Assembly (NCBI GenBank): GCA_964388905.1
Contig: CAYMDG010000001.1
Coordinates: 7,686 to 71,685, forward strand
Length of the DNA stretch: 64,000 nucleotides
Source of the DNA: an uncultured Bacteriovoracaceae bacterium
Lineage (GTDB): Bacteria > Desulfobacterota > Desulfomonilia > UBA1062
Reading direction: 5' to 3'
In this document: positions 1 through 9,473 of the stretch, piece after piece
Numbering within the stretch: position 1 is the first letter of the stretch
Layout of the letters: each line of letters starts with the position of its first letter
The notes under the pieces: generated by a model
What the model saw: the letters and a program-made list of their open reading frames with translations, nothing else
The model's database searches: none
Told to the model about the DNA's origin: nothing
Program-made: the position numbers and the translations under genes

Positions 1-684
1 ACCATCGATGTCGGGTATGATCCGAGTTATGTCACCTATAACGGCGCCACCTTTGTGCGGATCGGGCTCGGATCTCTCCAGGTCAGCCTGGACGCGCTGA
101 GCTTGAGGGTAGGCCTCGGCCCCGACACATCCCTTGCACAAGAGGTCGGAACGCTGAACCTCGGTCCCATGGCAGCGTACTTCAACCCTGCGAGCTATAT
201 TGATCTTTACAACCCGAGGATCGGGGTTACGAGCGCCGTGTATGTGACCATGAATGTCATTGTGGACCAGTTCGATCTGAGCTACCTGTCCTGGGGCGAC
301 AGCGACGGCCTGCCCGGCGGAAATACCGGGACCGGGGGCGTGGTGTGGATGGCCCCTGGCACCCTTTCGACAGCAGGCTACCTGGGTCTCCAGAACCTCA
401 CAATCGGCGGGCCCGTAACATTGACCGGGACCGTGAGCTTCGATGTCACCACAAGCAGAGGAGGCGTCTATGCCTCTGCAGGCGGAGGCCAGGTTACCGT
501 GTTCCACATTATTTTCCAGCGGCTGACCACCCTGAACTTCCATGGGCCCATCACGGCAAATGTACGGCTTGACAGCGTTGCGGCACTGAACAGCGCCAAC
601 GCCGGCACATTGGGGAATATCTACCTCTCGGGTGTCAACCTGGATGTGCGTGCCGGGAGCTGGATAGATATCTGGGCACATTAA
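1..684 (+). CDS. Secreted beta-rich repeat protein, 5'-truncated by the window edge. It is a paralog of 29414..30418.
   Basis: The reading frame is open from base 1 (TIDVGYDPSYVTYNGATFVRIGLG aligns to ITIDVGSSNAAGRTFVRFGLG of the 29414 gene). It shares WGD.DGLPGGNTGTGGVVWMA and the terminal GSWIDIWAH-stop with that paralog. The sequence is rich in G/T/N/S. Confidence 0.6.
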   Translation, partial: TIDVGYDPSYVTYNGATFVRIGLGSLQVSLDALSLRVGLGPDTSLAQEVGTLNLGPMAAYFNPASYIDLYNPRIGVTSAVYVTMNVIVDQFDLSYLSWGDSDGLPGGNTGTGGVVWMAPGTLSTAGYLGLQNLTIGGPVTLTGTVSFDVTTSRGGVYASAGGGQVTVFHIIFQRLTTLNFHGPITANVRLDSVAALNSANAGTLGNIYLSGVNLDVRAGSWIDIWAH

Positions 685-789
685 TTGCATTTGTATAATT
701 GATATAACAAATGGAAAAAGCTGGATATTGGGTGGCGGATGTTCTATATACAACTGAATAGGCAGTGAACTGAAAAGGTAGAGAACCGC

Positions 790-1677
790 ATGAAGAGATT
801 AGAGCAGATTCCTTTCATCGCGATAATCATATTGGCCGTCACAACACTTTCGCCCGGCATCCTTGCAGCCCAGATGAGCGTTGTCAGCGATGATGAGCTG
901 TCCTCTGTCTGCGCCCAGGCGGGCATCAATGCCAATTATGGTGATTTCGGGGTAAATATCACCACCGATTCCATTCGATTTTCCGACACCGACAACGGCA
1001 ACTGGATTGAAATGAATAACTTCTCCATCTCCGGCCCGGGGGGATATTTCAAGCTGGACTGCCCGGAAGATTCCCCCATGAGCATCGATGTGGGGACAAA
1101 GACCACCACCGACAACCTGACGAGGACCTTTATCGGTTACCAGCTGTCGGACCATATAAACACGCGAACCTGGTCAATCGGCAACTTTGTTTTCGCCAAC
1201 CAGGATCTTGGGAGTATCGTGTTTGATACCTCAACGGTGATCCCTGCCCATTTCGGCGTGTCAGCCCCCTTGGGGGCCGGTACCAGCGGAATAGAATTCG
1301 AATATCTCACCAGCTGGCTTACCCAGGATTTTACCTATGCCTACAACACAGCAGGAGGCGCCTTGAATTTACAGGGTATTCACCTTGCCCAGAGCGCTGC
1401 CGGTGCGCCTGAAAGCGACCCGTCCACGTGGGTGTTCAGCGGCCAGTTCCGGGTCGGCGATATACTCGGCGGGAATATCCATGCTGAACCGAGCCCTGCT
1501 ACCATGGATGTTGCCACAGAAATTTCAACTTCAACAACATCGTTATATGTCAACCTGCCCATGAAGGGCACGCTCAGGGTAGTGGATGTAGTACTCGGGG
1601 GAAATGATTTCGGCCCTGTTGCCATTGACGGCATCACGGTTCACCATCTCGGTTTGAGATTTAACCCGGGAAACTGA
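790..1677 (+). CDS. Secreted beta-rich protein, a distant member of the same family (signal peptide, then N-terminal D.ELS.V motif).
   Basis: ATG start with upstream AAGG. N-terminal hydrophobic signal (IPFIAIIILAVTTLSPGILAA). The mature N-terminus SVVSDDELSSVCAQAG resembles MTPVTDSDLSNVTGQSG of the paralogs. G/T/N-rich. It lies immediately upstream of the C39 peptidase gene. Confidence 0.5.
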   Translation: MKRLEQIPFIAIIILAVTTLSPGILAAQMSVVSDDELSSVCAQAGINANYGDFGVNITTDSIRFSDTDNGNWIEMNNFSISGPGGYFKLDCPEDSPMSIDVGTKTTTDNLTRTFIGYQLSDHINTRTWSIGNFVFANQDLGSIVFDTSTVIPAHFGVSAPLGAGTSGIEFEYLTSWLTQDFTYAYNTAGGALNLQGIHLAQSAAGAPESDPSTWVFSGQFRVGDILGGNIHAEPSPATMDVATEISTSTTSLYVNLPMKGTLRVVDVVLGGNDFGPVAIDGITVHHLGLRFNPGN

Positions 1678-1697
1678 GCCACTTCACTAATAACCCT

Positions 1698-2456
1698 ATG
1701 CCGATCATTGTCAGTTTCTTCATTCTCATGACATACATGGGGATCATGCACCCTCAGAGAGACATACCCAAGGGCGAGCTGAGAACAACACCTGGCATGG
1801 CAGGCATGCAGAATCTGACGCTCAGGAATAATGTCAAGCCGCTCAATGAAGGATTCACCTACAAGAATGTCGTAAAGCAGGAATTTGACTATAGTTGCGG
1901 ATCAGCGGCCCTGGCCACCCTCTTGAACTTTTACCTCGGTGAGAAATTAACCGAACAGCAGGTGATCCAGGGGCTCATGCAATACGGCGATGCGGACAAG
2001 ATACAGGAACGCAGGGCATTCTCCCTCCTGGACATGAAGCGTTTCGTTGAGGTGCTGGGGTATACGGGTGTCGGGTATAAGGCCGAACTTGATGACATCA
2101 GGTCTCTGAAAAAACCCGGGATTATCCCCATAGAATTGGCCGGTTACAAGCATTTTGTGGTATTCCGCGGAATTTACGGCAACCACATCTTTTTCGCAGA
2201 CCCGTTCAGGGGCAATACGAGCTTTACCCTTGAAACCTTCCGCGAAATCTGGAGCCAGAACATCGTATTCGTCATCTCAACGGAAAATGTTCACTTAAAG
2301 GCGCTCGCCTTGAAAGATGAAGACCTGCGCATCATTGACTTTGACATGACGCGGCATGCAATGACACAGACCCTCCCGCCCCAAATAGTGACGGATCAGC
2401 GTCAACTAACGGAATCCATAGGTGGAACGTATTATAAGACTGTAAATATAAAGTGA
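1698..2456 (+). CDS. Standalone papain-like C39-family cysteine peptidase (FapD-like architecture), probably periplasmic or membrane-anchored.
   Basis: Q-x5-C motif (VKQEFDYSCGSAALATLLNF) and a downstream catalytic His context (AGYKHFVVFRG). There is an N-terminal hydrophobic segment, and the size (~250 aa) is typical of Peptidase_C39-like domain proteins. Confidence 0.75.
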   Translation: MPIIVSFFILMTYMGIMHPQRDIPKGELRTTPGMAGMQNLTLRNNVKPLNEGFTYKNVVKQEFDYSCGSAALATLLNFYLGEKLTEQQVIQGLMQYGDADKIQERRAFSLLDMKRFVEVLGYTGVGYKAELDDIRSLKKPGIIPIELAGYKHFVVFRGIYGNHIFFADPFRGNTSFTLETFREIWSQNIVFVISTENVHLKALALKDEDLRIIDFDMTRHAMTQTLPPQIVTDQRQLTESIGGTYYKTVNIK

Positions 2457-2533
2457 CAATTGCACATGTTTTCATGTAAGGTTACATATATTGGCACTTA
2501 TTAACAATAGAGTATGCCGGGGGTAATTAAGCT

Positions 2534-3622
2534 GTGAAATTTTTTTGTATGGTTGGAATGGTTTTGTTGTTCTTGACCCTGTCGATCAGCACGCTGAATG
2601 CACAGGAGCAGGGAAATAAGGACAGTCAGGAATTGCTTGACAGGATAGAGACCCTGGAAAAGCAGCTGAAAAAACTTGAAGATGAAGGCAAGGCAAGGAA
2701 AAGCCTGGAGATAACGGAAGAAGAGAAAACTGACTCAGAGAAAGAAGTGCTCGAGGCCGTGGGCAGGGAATATTCCCTTTCACCGAAAGGCACTTTTTCC
2801 CTTGATTACAACCTGAGCTACGCCTATTCACCGGCCGAGACGTTCATCTCTCAATCACAAGCATCGCAATCGGCAACAACCCTGGAATTTCAGCGCCAGG
2901 CGGATCATACCATTACGCATTCCATATATACTTCGTACAGTATACTTGACAATCTCACCACAAGTGTGAACCTCCCCATCGTCTATCGGTACACAAAACA
3001 GGGCACCGACGATAGCCTTGACCAGTCGGATATCGGTGATATTTCCATAGGGCTTGCCGTGCAACCCCCGTCAGCCTGGTCCTGGCTTAAGCTTCCTCTC
3101 GGCATAAACGGCACGTACACTTTTGGTGGGGTGCTGCCAACGGGGCGCAGTCCGTTCAAGATCAACACCAAGACGGAGCTCTCCACAGGCAGCGGGTTAT
3201 ATCAGCTCTCGGCGGGTGGGAGTTTCAGCAAACAGATTGATCCGCTGGTATTCTTCTGGAGCCTTGGTTATTCCTATCCCTTCGACAAGAAAAATCTCAA
3301 CTACCGTGTACAGGATCAGATAACCCTGGATGAGGTGAAAACGGGTAGTTCGATTAACTTCGGTATGGGAATGGGGTATGCCATGTCCTATGCGAACTCC
3401 ATCAACATGTCTTTCAACTATTCATATCAGAAATCATCCAGCTACAAATATAATGAAGTAAAAAGCGTCCAGAAGAGTGGGGACCGCGTTTCAGCAACAT
3501 ATGGAATAGGCATGGGATTAATGGTGACACCGAAGACTGTTATCTCGGTATCGCTCGGATACAATCTCATAAGCGCCGGGTTCTCGCTGTCTGCACGGGT
3601 GCCATTTGATTTTGTTATGTGA
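2534..3622 (+). CDS. Outer-membrane beta-barrel protein with an N-terminal coiled coil (FapF-like organisation).
   Basis: Signal peptide (LFLTLSISTLNAQE), then a heptad-like charged segment (ELLDRIETLEKQLKKLEDEGKARKSLEITEEEK), then ~250 aa of alternating-hydrophobic beta strands rich in Y/S/G/N, and an aromatic C-terminus (VPFDFVM). Confidence 0.6.
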   Translation: MKFFCMVGMVLLFLTLSISTLNAQEQGNKDSQELLDRIETLEKQLKKLEDEGKARKSLEITEEEKTDSEKEVLEAVGREYSLSPKGTFSLDYNLSYAYSPAETFISQSQASQSATTLEFQRQADHTITHSIYTSYSILDNLTTSVNLPIVYRYTKQGTDDSLDQSDIGDISIGLAVQPPSAWSWLKLPLGINGTYTFGGVLPTGRSPFKINTKTELSTGSGLYQLSAGGSFSKQIDPLVFFWSLGYSYPFDKKNLNYRVQDQITLDEVKTGSSINFGMGMGYAMSYANSINMSFNYSYQKSSSYKYNEVKSVQKSGDRVSATYGIGMGLMVTPKTVISVSLGYNLISAGFSLSARVPFDFVM

Positions 3623-3634
3623 GGAGCTTATCGG

Positions 3635-5314
3635 ATGAAGAGGTTCAGTGTTATCTTCTTAATCTTAACGGTAGCGATTCCGGGGATCCCATCACTGCTA
3701 TCTGCTGCCCTGTATGAACAGCTTGTCACAAGCCCCCTTGCATCCTCCATGGGAAGTGCTGTTACGGCCTATCCGCCGGGGGCCATGGCCATACATTATA
3801 ACCCGGCAGGCCTTGCGACCATCCCTGGCACCCGTTTTGATAATGGCATCGGTTATGTTAACACCTTCAGGGAAGTTTCCTATCACCAGGCCATTGACCC
3901 AACAACGGGTAAACCCTGGGCACCCTTCGGCGGGTGGTTCAACCACGGGATAGACCCGCTTGACGGAATGAAAGGCAGGCAGTCGAGCGGGTTTACAATC
4001 ATCCCCTATATCGATTTAGAAATACCTTACCTCATTACCCCGGGAATGGGGATTTCATACAAACCACCCGACCCGAAATACTCCCGGTGGACCTTCGGTT
4101 TTGGTCAGTTCGCAACCTTTGGTGCGGGTCTGAAAAACTCAAAGGGCAATCCGATCAGTTATCTGGGTCAGAAGGCCTTTTTCATAAGGATGAGCTTTAT
4201 CACCCCTGCTATTGCCTATCAGCTCACCGACACCGTATCCATCGGGGCGGCAGTGGGGCTGGGGCCATCGGTATTCATGCTCGAGACGAACATGAGGACG
4301 CCCAATGATATGGGTGCGCTGACCGGGGCGCTCGGAGAGTCAACAAGGGGCCTCGAAATTCCTGTAGTCTCTGAGCTCACGTTACCCCCACCCTGGTTCA
4401 ATGGCGGGATGACAGCGTATGCAACCCATGGCCATGTCAAGATGATGATGGAAGACTACCTCACCACGTCCTATAACCTGGGCATGCTCTGGCAACCCTA
4501 TGACTGGTTTGCCTTCGGCGCCTGTTATCAGAGTGAGTCCGAGGCAAACATGGAAGGCAACTTCAAATTCACCTACGGATCTGAATTCCGCAGAACAGTT
4601 GACTGGTTCGGCAGATCACCCATGACCATTATTACCTCAGCGATCTTTGACCTGCCCAACAAATCAGTGCCTTTCCAGAAAGGGACAGCCACCATGGACT
4701 TGACATGGCCGGCCCGTGTCCAGCTTGGCGTCAAGCTGCGCCCTGTCAAGCAGCTGACAATGACCTGTGATGCGAACTGGACGGATTGGGCTGTGCAGAA
4801 GGCGTGGGTGTTTCAGTTCGACCAGAAGATCCAGCTCTTACGGTTTGCCCGTATGCTCGGATATAGGTATTCCCCTGATACGCAGGTTATTGTGCACAAT
4901 TTCAAGAACACCTGGCATATGACCTATGGGTTGGAGATCAGACCTGTTAACAAGTTTTATCTGCGCTTGGGGTATGATGCAAGGCCTACTTCTGTTCATA
5001 ACAATCTCTTCGGGCCGTTGCCTTTCCCGGACCTCAAGATTTACTCGGCTGGCATAGGGCTTGTGGTGGATGACAAGCCCAAGCCTTCACCAAAAAATTT
5101 CAAAGAGCTGCAAACGCAGATAGAGCACCCGAATGAAGTGAATATCGTTGTGTCCTATATAAAACTAAACGACAAGACAGTGAAGAGCAATTCAAGCGTA
5201 AACTACAATTCCACGGTATTCACCAATATCGTTTATAACCCTTACGCAGGGCTTGACGTGCACCAGGAGATGCACTTGTGGTGGTTTGCCATCAACCAGA
5301 TATTTAAATGGTAG
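3635..5314 (+). CDS. FadL/TodX-family outer-membrane channel (hydrophobic-compound transporter family).
   Basis: Signal peptide, and an N-terminal hatch-like motif with NPAGLA (GSAVTAYPPGAMAIHYNPAGLATIPG) characteristic of the FadL/Toluene_X family. Long beta-rich body ending in an aromatic residue (..IFKW). Confidence 0.7.
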   Translation: MKRFSVIFLILTVAIPGIPSLLSAALYEQLVTSPLASSMGSAVTAYPPGAMAIHYNPAGLATIPGTRFDNGIGYVNTFREVSYHQAIDPTTGKPWAPFGGWFNHGIDPLDGMKGRQSSGFTIIPYIDLEIPYLITPGMGISYKPPDPKYSRWTFGFGQFATFGAGLKNSKGNPISYLGQKAFFIRMSFITPAIAYQLTDTVSIGAAVGLGPSVFMLETNMRTPNDMGALTGALGESTRGLEIPVVSELTLPPPWFNGGMTAYATHGHVKMMMEDYLTTSYNLGMLWQPYDWFAFGACYQSESEANMEGNFKFTYGSEFRRTVDWFGRSPMTIITSAIFDLPNKSVPFQKGTATMDLTWPARVQLGVKLRPVKQLTMTCDANWTDWAVQKAWVFQFDQKIQLLRFARMLGYRYSPDTQVIVHNFKNTWHMTYGLEIRPVNKFYLRLGYDARPTSVHNNLFGPLPFPDLKIYSAGIGLVVDDKPKPSPKNFKELQTQIEHPNEVNIVVSYIKLNDKTVKSNSSVNYNSTVFTNIVYNPYAGLDVHQEMHLWWFAINQIFKW

Positions 5315-5510
5315 ATTCTTTCGATAGAACGAGGGTATGACAGGTCTTGTGGTATGATAAGAAGTGATTCATAAGCATATCCGTGCCGATATCAAAAGTG
5401 CAAAAGACATCAGTAAGCCGGGTTGTTGCATTCCTCAGTAAAAGTTTGTATATCTCACATCGGTTTCAATGAAGATCATTATAGAATCAATAAAAAGGAG
5501 AGAATCAGGA

Positions 5511-7019
5511 ATGAAAAGACATGTGTGTTATCTGACGTTGGTTCTCGTTGTTTGCACCCTTATGTCAAGCTCGGTTGTATGTGCAGAGAACAAGACACTC
5601 AAAGAAAAGATAGACATCATAGCCGAACCATCAAAGGACTGGGATATATACCTGGAGTCTGCCACACCAAGCCCTGACTCCAATCATGTGACTACCGTTG
5701 CGCGCAACAAGGCCGGTAAGTTTTGCGTTGTGTACGATGGAAAACCCCTTAAGGAATACAGTTCAATCGGCAAGGGCACCCCGGTCTTCAGCCCTGATTC
5801 GAAGCATTTTGTCTATAAGGCAAAAAAGGGCAATAAATGGCTGATGGTCTTGGACTCCAATGAGCAGAAGGCTTACGACAATGTGGGCAACCCGGTTTTC
5901 AGCCCTGACTCGAAAAGACTTGCCTATATAGCTGAAAAAGGCGGGAAATATACGGTTGTCCTGGACGGGAAAGAGATCGGTGAATATGATCTTGTCCCTT
6001 CGAAATACAACCTGATCTTCAGCGGCGACTCAAAACGCTTTGTTTTTCTCGCGCTGAAAGGCAAGAAAGGACTCATGGTTGTCGACGGTGTGGACGGGAA
6101 GATCTATGACCAGGTATCATATGCCGTCTTCAGCCCGGACTCGAAACACCTCATTTATCCGGCAACGAATAATAAGAAAATGTTTGTAGTATACGATGGA
6201 AAGGAATTGACTGCTTATGAAAAGGTCGGGGCATTTGCCTTCAGCCCCGACTCATCGCGGTTCGCCTATACCGCCAAACTCAACGACAAGGCGTTACTGG
6301 TCTCGGACGGGAAGGAAAGCCCGCGATACTCCGATATCGCCATGCCCATGTACAGCCCTGATTCAAAGACCATAGGCTATTTCGCCATAGATGGTAAGAA
6401 GACCTATATGGTCATGAACGGCAACAAGGGGAATTCCTATGACGAGGTCAGGGAGTTGCTTTTCAGCCCTGACTCTTCACGCTATACCATATCCTATCGT
6501 GATGGCAGCGACTGGTTCGCCCTCGATGAAAAGGGGAAGATAAGCGCCAAATATGACAATGTCTTCATGCCGGTCTACAGTCCGGACTCGAAGCATGTGG
6601 CCTACATGGCGCAGAAAGGGAAAAACTGGTTTATAGTACGTGATGGAAAAGAAGGTCCAAAATATGATTTTATCACCCTAGCCCAGTTCAGCAAGGACTC
6701 GAGCCGCATGGTCTATATGGCGAAGAAAGGGGAAAAGTGGCTGGTGGTCATGGATGGTAATGAATCGAAAATCTATGATGGCGTTGCCCTTCCCAAGTTC
6801 AGTGATGATTCGCGTCACTATTCATACATTGCATTAAAAGACAGTTTATGGTTCGCTGTGGTCGATGAGATTGAAAGCAAAAATAAGTTTCTCGGTTTTC
6901 TCAAGGGATCGGATGTATCATTTGATACAAATACCAGCACGCATGTCCTTGGGCTTCACGTGCCCACGGGATCAACATTACCAAACATCGTAAAATTGAA
7001 GATCGATATTGCAAACTGA
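5511..7019 (+). CDS. Secreted protein built from ~11 tandem ~40-aa WG/PD40-like beta-propeller-type repeats.
   Basis: AAGGAG RBS at 5495..5500, ATG at 5511. Signal peptide (LVLVVCTLMSSSVVCA). Recurring unit G.KW.VV.DGKE...YD.V....FSPDSK.LAY.A.K. The upstream in-frame extension in the ORF track lacks an RBS. Confidence 0.65.
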   Translation: MKRHVCYLTLVLVVCTLMSSSVVCAENKTLKEKIDIIAEPSKDWDIYLESATPSPDSNHVTTVARNKAGKFCVVYDGKPLKEYSSIGKGTPVFSPDSKHFVYKAKKGNKWLMVLDSNEQKAYDNVGNPVFSPDSKRLAYIAEKGGKYTVVLDGKEIGEYDLVPSKYNLIFSGDSKRFVFLALKGKKGLMVVDGVDGKIYDQVSYAVFSPDSKHLIYPATNNKKMFVVYDGKELTAYEKVGAFAFSPDSSRFAYTAKLNDKALLVSDGKESPRYSDIAMPMYSPDSKTIGYFAIDGKKTYMVMNGNKGNSYDEVRELLFSPDSSRYTISYRDGSDWFALDEKGKISAKYDNVFMPVYSPDSKHVAYMAQKGKNWFIVRDGKEGPKYDFITLAQFSKDSSRMVYMAKKGEKWLVVMDGNESKIYDGVALPKFSDDSRHYSYIALKDSLWFAVVDEIESKNKFLGFLKGSDVSFDTNTSTHVLGLHVPTGSTLPNIVKLKIDIAN

Positions 7020-7073
7020 ATACTTTACCCTATGAAAAAAGGCTGAGGGTGAGAAATGCCTTTGGCCATAAGC

Positions 7074-7117
7074 AAAAGGGGAAGCCCGCCGGCACGCCGG
7101 CGGGCTTCCCCTTTTCC
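7074..7117. terminator. Bidirectional rho-independent terminator between convergent genes.
   Basis: AAAA-GGGGAAGCCCGCCGGC-acg-CCGGCGGGCTTCCCC-TTTTCC. A perfect 15-16 bp GC-rich stem flanked by an A-tract and a T-tract. It lies between the stop of 5511..7019 (+) and the stop of 7125..9374 (-). Confidence 0.75.
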
Positions 7118-7124
7118 GTCTATC

Positions 7125-9374
7125 TTACGGGTGGTCCTGCATAAGCTTCTTGTAAAAGTCGGTCCCCCGTATGTTTTCAAGGTCCGGATCGTTTCTGAGC
7201 ACGGACCACTTGCTGAAACCCTTTCCGATAGCAGCCTGAAGGCTGCCCACCGCTTCATCCACCTTGTTCTGCCTGGCCTTTATGCAGGCTATGTTGTAAT
7301 ACGCATCAGGGTCATCAGGGTGTGCGGATGTCATCCTGTCGAGGTAGACCAGGGCCTTTTCATAGTCTCCTTTGCTCGAATTGAGGACTGCAAGGGCGTA
7401 CACGGCCTGCAGATCTTCCGGGTTTTTCCCCAGTGCAGCCTCTGCTGAGCGTATCTTTTTCTCGATGAGGTCCTTCTTTTGGGTTACAGCAATGAGGCCG
7501 GCAAGGGCTTCTCGAAAATCAGGCTGTACCTTGAGAATCTCGGAATATTCCCTGGCGGCAGCATCAAGCCTGTTGGACGCCGCATATGCGAATGCAAGCT
7601 TGTTCCTGACCTGAAAATTGCCGGGAATCAGAGCCAGGACATTGCGGTAATACCGGGCGGCCTGGTCGGCATCACCCATACTCATCAGGAGGTTCGCCAG
7701 GCTGTAATGGTAATCTGCCGAGCCGGGATTCAGGGCAAGGGCCGCCTTGTATTCATGCATCGAGTCTTTGAATTTCATCTGTGCCGCGAGGACAGAGGCA
7801 AGTCTTTCGTGGATCATGGGATCTTGTGGACTCAACTTCAGGGCTTCCCGGTAAAACGTTTCCGCTTCCTGGTTTCTGCCGAGCTTGTTGAGGGTATTGC
7901 CCATGCCGGTCTGTGAGGACACGTACTGCGGTCTAACCTGTATTGCCTTGGAGAAATACGACAGGGCCTTGTCATAATCGCCATTATAAAAGTAGGCGTT
8001 GCCCAGGGTGTCGTAAGAGATGAAGTTGGCCGGGTCAACATCGATCCCGTGCTCGAAGAAGGTGTAGTCATTCTTCCAGTAAGGCAGCTGAAGCGATATT
8101 TTCACCAGAAAGCCGCTGAGCACAATTGCGGTTGCGACAAGCACGCCAATCTTCAGAGCGGACCGGTTCGATACAAGATCGGCAAGGGACCAGGTGATGG
8201 CGATGAAGAGCCCGATATAGGGCACATAGGCCCAACGCTCGGCTATTGCCGGCCAGAGACCGCCTTGCATGAGTCCTGAAACAGGGACAAGGGTGCCCAG
8301 GAACCAGATCCAGCCCATGATGAGGTAAGGAGCTCTTGTCAGGAAGGCAAGGCAGACAATGGTGATGAGAAAGATGAGCAGCAGAGACCCGGTCACCTGC
8401 CATGCAGGCACAAAAACGGGGTAGGGGTAGAAAAAAGTTAAGTTTACGGGCCAGATCATTTTCCCGAGGTAGAGCGCATAGGAGACAATGGCCTGGGAAA
8501 TTCGCAGGCCCATGGGGACCTCGCCCGTAGAAATGACGAGCCCCACCGACTTGATGGATAATGACGAGAAATAGATGGCAGCAAGAGCGCCGGCGAGCAG
8601 GGGCAGCTTTTCAAGGATGACCATTGCATATGCGGATATGCCCGTTGCTCCCGGGAAATTTTTTTTATATTTCTCCGCCTGGTTCTCGCTCATGGGGAAT
8701 CCGATGCGTTTCAAAGGCCAGAAGTCCATGAGCAGGAGAACAAAGGGCAGGGTTACCAGCATGGGCTTTGCAAGGAGCCCGAGAACAAAGGTTGCTGCAA
8801 CCAGGATATATCTGCCGATGGTACTGCGTTCGGTGTAAAGGATATAGGTGTACATGGTCAGCATCCAGAAGGTGGTGCTGAGGATATTCTTTCTTTCTGC
8901 AACCCAGGCAACCGTATCTACATTTACCGGGTGGAATGCGAACAGTGCCGCAACGATGGCGCTTTTCCACACTGCGCCGGTTGCCTTTCTCAGGACAAGG
9001 AAGATCAGGAGGGCATTTATTGCATGGAAAAAGACGTTCATCAGGTGGTGCAGCCCTGCGTTCATATCGAAGAGCTGAGAGTCTATCATATGCGATATCA
9101 ATGACAGGGGGTGCCAGTAGATCTTTTCAACAGGCTTCGAGATCTGGAATGCCCAGGCGACGTTTTCAGCATTCAAACCGCTCTTCACGTGGGGATTGCC
9201 AAAGACATAGTGGTCATCGTCGAAGTGGAGAAACTCATGCCCGCCCACCGGCCAATAGACCGCAAAGGTGGTTATGAACAGGAAGAGGCATATAAGGAAG
9301 GCCTTATTTCCATCGATCATCTGTTTGAGTCCGTTCATATCAGTCATTTTTTTCATGATAACCCTATATATCAC
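7125..9374 (-). CDS. TMTC/PMT-like GT-C membrane glycosyltransferase with a C-terminal TPR array and the conserved terminal cap.
   Basis: Multi-TM N-terminal half with a first-loop acidic motif (LHFDDDHY) and the hallmark ALFAFHPVNVDTVAWVAERKN motif. C-terminal TPR repeats end in YYNIACIKARQ..EAV.SL..AIGKGF..W.VLRNDPDLENIR. Confidence 0.8.
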   Translation of the reverse strand: MIYRVIMKKMTDMNGLKQMIDGNKAFLICLFLFITTFAVYWPVGGHEFLHFDDDHYVFGNPHVKSGLNAENVAWAFQISKPVEKIYWHPLSLISHMIDSQLFDMNAGLHHLMNVFFHAINALLIFLVLRKATGAVWKSAIVAALFAFHPVNVDTVAWVAERKNILSTTFWMLTMYTYILYTERSTIGRYILVAATFVLGLLAKPMLVTLPFVLLLMDFWPLKRIGFPMSENQAEKYKKNFPGATGISAYAMVILEKLPLLAGALAAIYFSSLSIKSVGLVISTGEVPMGLRISQAIVSYALYLGKMIWPVNLTFFYPYPVFVPAWQVTGSLLLIFLITIVCLAFLTRAPYLIMGWIWFLGTLVPVSGLMQGGLWPAIAERWAYVPYIGLFIAITWSLADLVSNRSALKIGVLVATAIVLSGFLVKISLQLPYWKNDYTFFEHGIDVDPANFISYDTLGNAYFYNGDYDKALSYFSKAIQVRPQYVSSQTGMGNTLNKLGRNQEAETFYREALKLSPQDPMIHERLASVLAAQMKFKDSMHEYKAALALNPGSADYHYSLANLLMSMGDADQAARYYRNVLALIPGNFQVRNKLAFAYAASNRLDAAAREYSEILKVQPDFREALAGLIAVTQKKDLIEKKIRSAEAALGKNPEDLQAVYALAVLNSSKGDYEKALVYLDRMTSAHPDDPDAYYNIACIKARQNKVDEAVGSLQAAIGKGFSKWSVLRNDPDLENIRGTDFYKKLMQDHP

Positions 9375-9473
9375 ACTCCTGCCGGATTTGAAAAAGACTT
9401 GCCAAGGTTGTGCTTATGTATATATGCCAGAGACAGACTTACAAGACATCTCAAGAAAAACAGGAGCGGATGA

